A DNA stretch of 58,856 nt. Origin: a virus. Its lineage: Duplodnaviria > Caudoviricetes. Location of the stretch: positions 1 to 58,856 of IMG/VR virus record IMGVR_UViG_3300033183_000442; one strand, 5' to 3'. Positions 18,928 to 27,073 of this stretch are shown piece by piece; position 1 is the first letter of the stretch; the number at the start of each line of letters is the position of its first letter. The notes beneath the pieces are model-generated. The model made no database searches, was not told where the DNA came from, and saw nothing but the letters and a program-made list of their open reading frames with translations. The position numbers were made by a program, and so were the translations under genes.

Positions 18928-19542
18928 ATGCAACGCATCCTGTTTTTATGTGCTTTGGTGTTAAGTTCACTCACTAATGTTTTTGTGCATGCAGAGGGAT
19001 CAGTTGATATTGCAAGGCAACAATTTAACAAGGGGATGGAATACTACACTAAAAGTAATACGGATGATTGTGATGCTAATTGTTCAAAGGCCTATGGTTT
19101 ATTTGTAAAAGCGTCAAATAGTGGCCATTGCGATGCTACAGTTATGGTTGGACTATTAAATAAAGAAAAAACCAAGAACTACCTCGTAAGTTGGAAAGCT
19201 TTACTGCTTTCTATTCACCAGTGTAATCACATGTTAGGCCTCTACCACTTAGGTGATATGGATGCGCAAGGTCTGATTTATGACGATGTAAGCGATTTTA
19301 ATGTCCAATTGATGTACTACTTGGCTCTACATGGAAATTTGCCAAACCAGAAACAATCAATAGTGGACATGTACTTAGATTCAATCAGCAATAAATTTAA
19401 TGAAATGTCGGTTAAGACAGGTATGACATTCGAGGAATTTGAGAGCTTTTTAATTGAAACTTCTTCACCAGCAGATTTAGAGCAGTGCAAATCTAGTCCC
19501 CGAGATTGTTTCCTTATATCCGAATACTTTTCGACAAACTAA
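18928..19542 (+). CDS. exported protein with Sel1-like helical repeats
   Basis: signal peptide; G..YY, KA...G...A...VG, Y.LG.M...G patterns. Confidence 0.6.
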   Translation: MQRILFLCALVLSSLTNVFVHAEGSVDIARQQFNKGMEYYTKSNTDDCDANCSKAYGLFVKASNSGHCDATVMVGLLNKEKTKNYLVSWKALLLSIHQCNHMLGLYHLGDMDAQGLIYDDVSDFNVQLMYYLALHGNLPNQKQSIVDMYLDSISNKFNEMSVKTGMTFEEFESFLIETSSPADLEQCKSSPRDCFLISEYFSTN

Positions 19543-19605
19543 CTGATCGCTAGTCTGCTTAAGTCAAAGTCTCAAGCGAAATTCCACAAAAATTAGAGAG
19601 TTTAA

Positions 19606-19686
19606 ATAATAAGGGTGACGCAAAAACTAACTAAAACGTCACCCCGATCGTAGTAAACAGAGGCCCTGGTAGGAGAGTGGGCCTGC
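19606..19686 (-). ncRNA. candidate sRNA (anti-SD loop hairpin + large-loop 3' hairpin)
   Basis: AGGCCC/GGGCCT stem with CUCUCCUACC loop; GGGTGACG/CGTCACCC stem; upstream TTGGAT-N16-TATACT. Confidence 0.55.
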
Positions 19687-19879
19687 GTTAAGTATATGTC
19701 GGTATCTCAGATATCCAAAATGCGTAGGCGAAATTCCGCAAAAAAATACCCCGCAACCGGGAGCAGGGCATAGTTGATTTTGGGAGATATCATTTAGTGA
19801 TGATACCTAATGGAATGGAAAATCGAGGGACTCTCCACCTTCATGGTTGCAAAGTGAGATTCATAAATCAAGGAATTTA

Positions 19880-19992
19880 GTGGTGGGAGCTGCTGCGGAG
19901 AATATTAGAATAACAGCAGCCCCCTGTTTGGGTTTAGCAGTGATACCGACTAGGGGTCGGCTGGTCAGGTAGGGAATACCTTTCACTGCGAG
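19880..19992 (-). ncRNA. candidate structured sRNA
   Basis: GCAGTGA/TCACTGC stem enclosing two hairpins with CCCU loops; GCTGCTG/CAGCAGC 3' stem; TTGACA at 20019-20024. Confidence 0.5.
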
Positions 19993-20109
19993 ATCAGGTT
20001 TTAAAATGAGATGTTTCATGTCAACAGTTGACCAAGGGTAAAACGCCAACATGTTCAGGTGCTGAACAGTAATTTACGAATGATGCTTAAATTTTAATCA
20101 GAATGTATT

Positions 20110-20185
20110 TGAAGCGGTGCTGCCCGGAGCAATAAACTAACGAGAAATAGGCAGCACCGATGTGTTGACGCACTGTGTCGTCTAT
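20110..20185 (-). ncRNA. candidate sRNA / large-loop hairpin
   Basis: perfect 10-bp stem CGGTGCTGCC/GGCAGCACCG with a 25-nt loop; strand inferred by analogy. Confidence 0.4.
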
Positions 20186-20484
20186 TATGTTTACGCAAGG
20201 GCAAGCAAACTGGATTAGGTAAATGTGGCGATCTGTGTTAGGTAATCCCTGCCAACACAATGAAGAGAGCTGCTATGCGGGTTCGTCTATCGAACACAAT
20301 CAGCTTCGTTAGGTTCCAATTTGAGCACTTAGATTTGCTCTGGGATTGGTTCATAATGAAGAACTGGAAGAAACGGCTTCATCAGAAATAAGTGTTATAA
20401 AGTAACACTTTTCTGTTGAGGTTTCAGCCTGAATCTGGTATCCTTTTGGTACAGGTTATCCTGTTCTAATTTAAGGCTCAGACC

Positions 20485-20814
20485 ATGAGCAGTTACGGAA
20501 CTGACGCCTCTATCCGAGTTCCAATTTCCTTAGATTTCGACATCGACGTTGATGACCATGGGGTCAGCTATATTGTTGGCTCTCTGTTTGTTGCAGATGA
20601 TGAAGATGCCCAGGAGATCCGGGTGGAGGTTGAACAAATTGTTGAATCCCTATGCGATTTCTACGGTGACATTGAGGGCTATCAGCACCTCTATGTAGTC
20701 GCCCATGAACTCACCCGTATGGCAGAGATGCTGCGGGAGAGGGCAGGGATGATTGAAGATAGTGTTGTAGCGGTTAACGATCTCTTTGACCTTACCGACG
20801 AAGACTGGAACTAG
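20485..20814 (+). CDS. acidic hypothetical phage protein
   Basis: 109-aa ORF overlapping the next gene. Confidence 0.7.
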   Translation: MSSYGTDASIRVPISLDFDIDVDDHGVSYIVGSLFVADDEDAQEIRVEVEQIVESLCDFYGDIEGYQHLYVVAHELTRMAEMLRERAGMIEDSVVAVNDLFDLTDEDWN

Positions 20815-21172
20815 AACCTGTTCCATATGCGGTGAAACCAAAGACCTAGATCAATTTTATGCGAACCGATCCAAATCCCAAGGTCGAAGTACTCTGTGTA
20901 AGCCCTGTGAACGGAAATCGCAGGCTACATTGAGGCAACTGCATTCGGAACATCAGATCCCCGAAGATCATTCCTGTCCCATTTGTATGCGGACGGAGTC
21001 AGAACTTGCGTCTGAAGGGCAGAGAACAAAAAACCCGTTCCGGTTAGATCATAACCATGGAACGGGTGAATTCAGAGGGTTTCTCTGCGACAGTTGTAAT
21101 ACTGGATTAGGGAAGTTTAGGGATGAGCCTGGTTTGCTGGCTAGAGCAATTAGTTATTTGAACGGTTCTTAA
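20786..21172 (+). CDS. endonuclease VII-family HNH nuclease
   Basis: CPIC...LDHNHGTG.FRGFLCDSCNTGLG.F.D. Confidence 0.85.
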   Translation: MTLPTKTGTRTCSICGETKDLDQFYANRSKSQGRSTLCKPCERKSQATLRQLHSEHQIPEDHSCPICMRTESELASEGQRTKNPFRLDHNHGTGEFRGFLCDSCNTGLGKFRDEPGLLARAISYLNGS

Positions 21173-21187
21173 CTCAAATGTTCTGGG

Positions 21188-21742
21188 TTATTTTGTTAAG
21201 GGACCATCCCACCAGTGTGCGTCTTCACAAAGAGTACCCCAATTCTGTTCAGCGAGAAGACAGACTAATTTTTCTTTTACTTCTGTAAGATTTAGTTCCG
21301 TCTCGTTTTTTTTAAAAAAAGATGGACTAGAGTTCTTCATTTCAGAGAAAGTGCCGTCATCCAGAAACCACATCTGATCTTTGTTAACTAAGAAAGTGTA
21401 CTGGTACGCAGCGCAAAGTTCTGGGCTATATTCACTATCTGGGTTTCCAACTAGAAACCGGTCATAATAATTTAAGGTATTAAAAAAAGTTGTTGCGTCT
21501 TCTGTATTTAGAAGTCTCATAATTTGTTTATGCGAGGCTAGGTATGAATTAATAAATAATTCGTAATGACCTAGATTCAGCGCACTTTTTGCTAGGTCCC
21601 AGTTACTTTTAATTGTGCCACATGAAGTTTCCGCTGACATAAGTCTTATCGCTGATCCATATCTCTGATCAGAACTTTGTGTTGCTCCGAGAGTTGGGAA
21701 AACAATCGCAAATAAACATAGGGCACTGTAGAATTTCTTCAT
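21188..21742 (-). CDS. exported Cys-containing hypothetical protein (moron)
   Basis: signal peptide; low GC. Confidence 0.7.
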   Translation of the reverse strand: MKKFYSALCLFAIVFPTLGATQSSDQRYGSAIRLMSAETSCGTIKSNWDLAKSALNLGHYELFINSYLASHKQIMRLLNTEDATTFFNTLNYYDRFLVGNPDSEYSPELCAAYQYTFLVNKDQMWFLDDGTFSEMKNSSPSFFKKNETELNLTEVKEKLVCLLAEQNWGTLCEDAHWWDGPLTK

Positions 21743-21787
21743 GTAAATTCTCTTTCAAGTATAATAGACGCTACGGGACATTGATCA

Positions 21788-22344
21788 TGATAACCAACAA
21801 ATTTAAAATTAATCTAATAAAAAATTGGATCACTGCTATTTTTTTTGGATTACCCTCGGTTGCGTTTTCAGATCCAATTCAAGCGGGGCATTACGCACTA
21901 TATCGTCAAATGGAATTTTCAAACATATGTGCAATTTACGAAGTTTGGTGGCCTATAGCTAACGAGGCACATGCTGCTCAGGAACTAGACACTCGGTTTG
22001 TTACGTTAATGCAAAAAGAACTTATCCCTAAAATTGGTCAGAGATTTGGGAAGCCGGGAGACTTCGCTGACGGTATGCATTTTTATATGAAAAAACGAGT
22101 GAAAGCTGAAACCGGAGATTATTTTGAACCTGTCGATTGCATCGCCTATCAATATCATCTTGCAGCAGAGATTATGTGGGATCAGGAAAAGATTGGTAAA
22201 ATAATACTGGATGACCCTGATTTTTGGTTTGGGTCTGCTGTGACGCAACAAAGGTTAGCCACCGCCTTGTCGGATGAAATCTTGCTATGTTTTGCGGCAA
22301 GCGGGGAATGGGGTAATAGCTGTAGTCCCTTAGAGGAAGAGTAA
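21788..22344 (+). CDS. exported Cys-containing hypothetical protein, probable paralog of the divergent neighbour
   Basis: signal-like N-terminus from ATG 21788; shared C.AYQY and C......WG..C. Confidence 0.65.
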
Positions 22345-22346
22345 TA

Positions 22347-22595
22347 ATGGAATGTTTGACCGGAGAATACCTAAGAGCTTTAACAACGCTGGGAGACAGT
22401 GGTGGTGCAACGATTGATTACATTTTCAAGCTTTGTGTAGTTTTGCTCACTGACCTCGCACAGTTCTTGGGAACTAGCTACGAAGCAATCAACATTTGGA
22501 TATTTGTAATTATCTGGCCGATACTCACCCTGTATCTCTTTTTCAGAGTTATTGTCCTGAGGGTTAAGTTGAAAAGGCGGACAGGGTATATTTAA
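22347..22595 (+). CDS. small membrane protein
   Basis: G.SYEAINIWIFVIIWP hydrophobic segment. Confidence 0.65.
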   Translation: MECLTGEYLRALTTLGDSGGATIDYIFKLCVVLLTDLAQFLGTSYEAINIWIFVIIWPILTLYLFFRVIVLRVKLKRRTGYI

Positions 22596-22655
22596 CCCTG
22601 CCCAAAGGACATTTTGATTATACACCTCAATGACTGATTTGTCCAGCTAAAAACA

Positions 22656-22703
22656 CAACATGTAGTCTTAACGGTTGCAAATATCTATATGTTGTGGTAT
22701 AAT
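22656..22703 (+). promoter_or_regulatory. sigma70 promoter overlapped by a pair of NrdR-box-like sites
   Basis: TTGCAA-N17-TATAAT at 22675-22703; CAACATGTAG (22656) and CTATATGTTG (22685). Confidence 0.6.
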
Positions 22704-22747
22704 AAGGGAAATTCCCAAACAATTTATTTTTCCAAAGGATTTCTCTC

Positions 22748-22891
22748 ATGAAGGCGAAAATGGCCAAATGTGGTGCATCAAACCCACCAGCAAAAAAGCT
22801 TAAAATGAACATGGGCGGGTACATGCGTATCGATAAGCCCAAAAAGCTAGGCGCATACGGCGGTGGCTATATCAACAAGAAAAAGAAGTAA
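22748..22891 (+). CDS. 47-aa basic protein (below the ORF-track cutoff)
   Basis: MKAKMAKCGASNPPAKKLKMNMGGYMRIDKPKKLGAYGGGYINKKKK; AAGGA RBS; TAATG coupling to the next gene. Confidence 0.65.
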   Translation: MKAKMAKCGASNPPAKKLKMNMGGYMRIDKPKKLGAYGGGYINKKKK

Positions 22892-23091
22892 TGTTCGTCT
22901 GGATTGCCATTGCTGTGACCTGTGCGTCCCCATTGGCGTCCGACTGTACGATGGCAACATATCCTGAGACATTTTCTGAGTCAGTTGATTGCCAGTCCCA
23001 AGTTGAGAAATTCATTTTTGCTACGAGATTAAAGGGCCTGATTACTTTCGGCGGCTGTCACCGAGTAGAGGTCGCAGGGGAATTCCTGTAA
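22891..23091 (+). CDS. small Cys-containing hypothetical protein
   Basis: coupled to the upstream ORF. Confidence 0.65.
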   Translation: MFVWIAIAVTCASPLASDCTMATYPETFSESVDCQSQVEKFIFATRLKGLITFGGCHRVEVAGEFL

Positions 23092-23114
23092 TTTTCGATT
23101 AAGGTATTTAAGAG

Positions 23115-23564
23115 ATGCTGGCTGAACTTGCTATGGCATCTGCAGCCTATTCCACCATCAAGACTGCCATCGGGCAGGGAAGGGAGTTGGTAGACTATGG
23201 AAAGCAGATCGCAGATTTCGTTACGGCTGAAGAGGATCTAAAACTCAGGGTCGAAAAAGAGAAGAAAAACCCCCTGAACCGGATAATGGGCAAGGATGCC
23301 TCAGATCTGGAATCCTTCTTGGCCCTGGACAAGATTAAGCAGCAAAAGGCCCAGCTCCAGTCCCACATGCGATTGTTTGGAAGACCGGGATTATACGACG
23401 ATTATGTGGCTTACTGCGCCCAGGCCCGAAAGGCCCGCATGGAAGCCCTGAAGCAACGAGAAAAAGAACGACAGGAGATGATAGAGATCCTGACTTGGAT
23501 ATTCATCGTCGTCGTTGTGTGGGGTGGTTTAGGCTACGGAGCGTATTATTGGTTCACAAAATAA
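23115..23564 (+). CDS. coiled-coil protein with C-terminal TM helix
   Basis: 149-aa ORF with RBS. Confidence 0.75.
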   Translation: MLAELAMASAAYSTIKTAIGQGRELVDYGKQIADFVTAEEDLKLRVEKEKKNPLNRIMGKDASDLESFLALDKIKQQKAQLQSHMRLFGRPGLYDDYVAYCAQARKARMEALKQREKERQEMIEILTWIFIVVVVWGGLGYGAYYWFTK

Positions 23565-23666
23565 AAAAGACCCACCATGCGTCAGGTGAGTCTTAATTAT
23601 TTCAGGGCGATAGTCTGGGAGAGATGCCCTAAGTTGGCTACGATACAGGGAGGTTTGTAGCCCTTG
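23563..23666 (-). ncRNA. candidate AbcR-like sRNA: two anti-SD loop hairpins + terminator
   Basis: loops CCUCCCU and CUCUCCCA; terminator with U6; promoter TTGCCT-N17-TATATC. Confidence 0.65.
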
Positions 23667-23725
23667 AATGAGGATATATGCTGCAATGCAGCAAAAGGCA
23701 AGAATTATTTTCTGCAATGCAGAAT

Positions 23726-23950
23726 TTAAGCCTCGCTATACCCATTACCGATCTTCCAGATTAATCTGAAATCCGGTTCAGATTTTCTATTACAATTTTT
23801 ACACCTAGCTTTGCGAACGATGTCACCGACTGTGGTTGATCCATCGTATTTCTCCAAAAGTGCTTTGACGGCAACGTCAGCAGTATGTTTGCAAAATCGA
23901 CATTCCATCGAAATGTGGTGATGCGGAATAACTCGTAGCTGCGTTTCCAT
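23726..23950 (-). CDS. small zinc-binding protein
   Basis: CxxCxH and CxxC; GAGG RBS. Confidence 0.7.
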   Translation of the reverse strand: METQLRVIPHHHISMECRFCKHTADVAVKALLEKYDGSTTVGDIVRKARCKNCNRKSEPDFRLIWKIGNGYSEA

Positions 23951-24461
23951 CGTACCCTCAAATAGAAAGAGGCAGCTCTACGCCAATTTCCTCCCAGAAT
24001 TAGCGGAGCTGCCTTCTATGGTTCCTCTCCCGTTGGAACTCTTGTGGCAGGGATAGTGCAAATTTAAATCATCGAGTCAACAGGCTAAATATTTGGGCAA
24101 AAATAAAATGCTTAAAAAGGGATGGCCAAAAAGCAAATGACCGCCTCGGGAGGAAACCTCTCTTAGCGGCCATTCTGTCTAATCGATCCTGCCAGTTACC
24201 TTCATTGGGTGTGCCCCAAATCCTGCAATCCAAGCTTTGTTCCGGTTGCCCTTCACTCTACCGTTCATGCCGACACTAACACTTGTTTGAACCATGATTC
24301 ATTCAACCGTCAATGTCTGTAATCCAACAGTTGAAACTCGATTCTGAACTTAAATCCCATTGCTGATTTTTAAGTCCGAAATTTCGTTTCCCCCAGACTA
24401 GATTAATTATCAGAGTACACAGCTTTTCGGATCTACAAAGCACTAATTTTAAGAAAAACGC

Positions 24462-24528
24462 ATATCCACAGGGTTATCCCCAGCATTTGTGATTTATGCA
24501 CACATTCGTCCACAGATTCTGGGGAAAA
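24462..24528. promoter_or_regulatory. cluster of DnaA-box-like 9-mers
   Basis: ATATCCACA, TTATCCCCA, TTATGCACA, TCGTCCACA and inverted TTTTCCCCA versus consensus TTATCCACA. Confidence 0.6.
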
Positions 24529-24582
24529 ATTCAAATATTCATAAATGATTTCAGTCATTTATTGATTCGGAGACCTTATGCC

Positions 24583-24849
24583 ATGGCTGATGATCGACTG
24601 CAACGCATGGAAGATAAAATTGACCGTATGTCCCAAGCGATAGTGGCGATGGCTCGCATGGAAGAACGCATGATCAGCGTATTTAAAAGGCTTGATGCTT
24701 GCGACGAGACCATGAAGAAAATCGATGAGCGTATGGATGAATCCGAAAAGCAAGCAATAGCCAGAGGTCAGAAGATCGCATTTGCCGAGCGCCTGTTTTG
24801 GATGGTGCTATCAGGCGCAGTTGGCCTCGCCTTCATTTATCTGAGGTAG
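24583..24849 (+). CDS. coiled-coil protein with C-terminal TM helix (holin/XhlA-like)
   Basis: MADDRLQRMEDKID...; GGAG RBS. Confidence 0.6.
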   Translation: MADDRLQRMEDKIDRMSQAIVAMARMEERMISVFKRLDACDETMKKIDERMDESEKQAIARGQKIAFAERLFWMVLSGAVGLAFIYLR

Positions 24850-24851
24850 CG

Positions 24852-25226
24852 ATGGATAAGCCAAAAAAGCAACTTACCGACAAGCAGACTGCATTCCTTG
24901 AACATCTTTTAGGTGATGCCCGAGGCAATGTTCGATTAGCGATGGATATGGCGGGTTACGCTAAGACGACTGCTGTCCAAGAGGTGGTTGGAAACCTCAG
25001 AGATGAAATTATGGATCGCACATCGATGATGATGGCCCTGAATGCTCCAAAAGCTGCATTCGGCATCACAGATGTCCTTGATGATCCCTCAGCAATGGGT
25101 GCGAAGAACGCCATTGCTGCAGCTAAAGAAGTGTTGGACCGAACTGGCCTTGTCAAAAAAGAAAAGGTCGAGGTCAAAACCAACGGTGGTGGCATGTTCA
25201 TCCTGCCTCCGAAAACGAATGACTAA
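24852..25226 (+). CDS. terS: terminase small subunit
   Basis: LTDKQ.AF...A...AGY...; AAKEVLDRTG; immediately precedes terL. Confidence 0.8.
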   Translation: MDKPKKQLTDKQTAFLEHLLGDARGNVRLAMDMAGYAKTTAVQEVVGNLRDEIMDRTSMMMALNAPKAAFGITDVLDDPSAMGAKNAIAAAKEVLDRTGLVKKEKVEVKTNGGGMFILPPKTND

Positions 25227-27070
25227 TGTGGCAAAACAAATCCCGTCCCAACAAAACGGCGAAGATACCTTATGCGTACAAAGCTGATGATGAAGATCCG
25301 TTGGTCCTCATACCAGATCCAATTATTGTTCAATACGTTGAGCAAGCAATGGACTATTTGGACGAAGGACACAGCTCCAGAAGGACGGCTGATTGGCTTA
25401 GTGAAAAGTCTGGTAAAACGATCAGTCACCAAGGCTTATCAAACATTTGGAAAGCCCATCGTTCAGAAACTTCAGAACTGCTTAAATCTCGCAAAAAGCA
25501 ACGGCGCAAAAATGCTCCAAAAACTGAAGCTGAAAAGCGAGTAAAAGCAGCAAAGCGAAAACGGTCAGACGCTAGACGGGTACTGACCATGGCCGAGAAA
25601 AAGATCGCAAAACTTGAAGGTAAGGATGCATCTCCAAACTCTGTATCGGATCAACTAGACTTTAATGCGGTACCACAATCGCCAGCCGAAGTCGTATTCT
25701 CCCCGAACCCTGGACCGCAAACCGAATTTTTGGCGTCAGCGGAGAGGGAGGTCCTCTATGGAGGCGCAGCAGGCGGAGGAAAAAGCTACGCATTACTTGC
25801 TGACCCACTGCGATACTTTGATAACCCTGCTTTCGTTGGATTGCTCCTTAGACGTACGAACGACGAACTCAGAGAGCTTGTGTGGCGCAGTAAGGAATTA
25901 TATCCGCAAACGCACAAGGGAGCGAAATGGCAGGAGAAGGCGAGCCAATGGGTCTTCCCAAGCGGAGCGAGACTTTGGATGACCTACTTGGAGCGGGACG
26001 AAGACGTTCTGCGCTATCAGGGTCAGGCATTTAGTTGGATCGCCGTAGACGAACTTACCCAGTACGCAACGCCATTCGCTTGGAATTATCTACGCTCTCG
26101 CTTGCGGAATACCGACCCGAATTTACCCGTCTATATGCGGGCAACTACAAACCCTGGCGGTCCAGGTCATATGTGGGTCAAAAAGATGTTTATCGACCCT
26201 GCGCCGTCCAACACAGCGTTTGACGCTCGGGATTTAGACACAAATGAGCCTCTGCTTTACCCAGAGAGCCATGAAAAAGCCGGACAGCCGCTATTTCAGC
26301 GCAGGTTCATCCCAGCAAGCCTGAAAGATAACCCATATCTGTATGATGAGGGCACTTATGAGGCAAACCTGCTCTCATTGCCCGAAAATCAGCGGAGACA
26401 ACTGCTAGACGGGGATTGGGCTGTTGCAGATGGGGCCGCATTCCCAGAATTTAGTCAGAAGGATCATGTAATTGAGCCATTTGATATTCCGCCTGATTGG
26501 CGAAGATTTAGATCGGCTGATTTTGGGTACAGCAGCCATTCAGCGGTGCATTGGTTCGCCATAGATCCATCCTACGAGACATTGATCGTCTATCGAGAGC
26601 TATATGTGAGCAAACATACGGGTAGGGACCTCGCAAAAGCGGTCCTAGAGGCCGAAATGGGCGACAAAGTGCAATATGGAATACTCGACAGCTCCTGCTG
26701 GCACAACAGAGGCCAAATTGGCCCTTCAATCGCCGAAGAAATGATCGCAATGGGCTGCAGATGGCGTCCTTCAGACAGATCCGCAGGCGCAAGGGTAGCA
26801 GGCAAGAACCGATTGCATGAATTATTGAAGATCGATGAGATCACAGGCGTCCCTGGCATCCAATTCTTCAACACCTGTCGTCAGATCATCGCTGATTTAC
26901 CAGTTATTCCCTCAGACCCTAAAGGCAGCGACGATATTGATCCGAGATACGCATCTGACCATGCCTACGACAGTATCAGATACGGCATTATGAGCCGCCC
27001 GAGAGCGTTCGATTTCGGCAAAATGCCGATGAATACTTTCAAACCAGCAGATTCAATATTTGGTTATTAA
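25226..27070 (+). CDS. terL: terminase large subunit with N-terminal extension
   Basis: YGGAAGGGKS Walker A, VDE Walker B, TTNPGG, DFGY, DHAYDSIRY. Confidence 0.95.
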   Translation: MWQNKSRPNKTAKIPYAYKADDEDPLVLIPDPIIVQYVEQAMDYLDEGHSSRRTADWLSEKSGKTISHQGLSNIWKAHRSETSELLKSRKKQRRKNAPKTEAEKRVKAAKRKRSDARRVLTMAEKKIAKLEGKDASPNSVSDQLDFNAVPQSPAEVVFSPNPGPQTEFLASAEREVLYGGAAGGGKSYALLADPLRYFDNPAFVGLLLRRTNDELRELVWRSKELYPQTHKGAKWQEKASQWVFPSGARLWMTYLERDEDVLRYQGQAFSWIAVDELTQYATPFAWNYLRSRLRNTDPNLPVYMRATTNPGGPGHMWVKKMFIDPAPSNTAFDARDLDTNEPLLYPESHEKAGQPLFQRRFIPASLKDNPYLYDEGTYEANLLSLPENQRRQLLDGDWAVADGAAFPEFSQKDHVIEPFDIPPDWRRFRSADFGYSSHSAVHWFAIDPSYETLIVYRELYVSKHTGRDLAKAVLEAEMGDKVQYGILDSSCWHNRGQIGPSIAEEMIAMGCRWRPSDRSAGARVAGKNRLHELLKIDEITGVPGIQFFNTCRQIIADLPVIPSDPKGSDDIDPRYASDHAYDSIRYGIMSRPRAFDFGKMPMNTFKPADSIFGY

Positions 27071-27073
27071 AAC

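Noticed and set aside
20052-20068. LexA box
   Set aside because: GTTC-N7-GAAC is an inverted repeat, not the direct repeat used in alphaproteobacteria.
19543-20484. CRISPR or mini-array interpretation of the repeated hairpins
   Set aside because: Stems differ in sequence and spacing is irregular; there is no cas operon, and the Cas4-like gene sits in a normal phage replication module.
22748-22891. Possible frameshift at the A-run
   Set aside because: The six A residues keep the frame open as a single 47-aa ORF.
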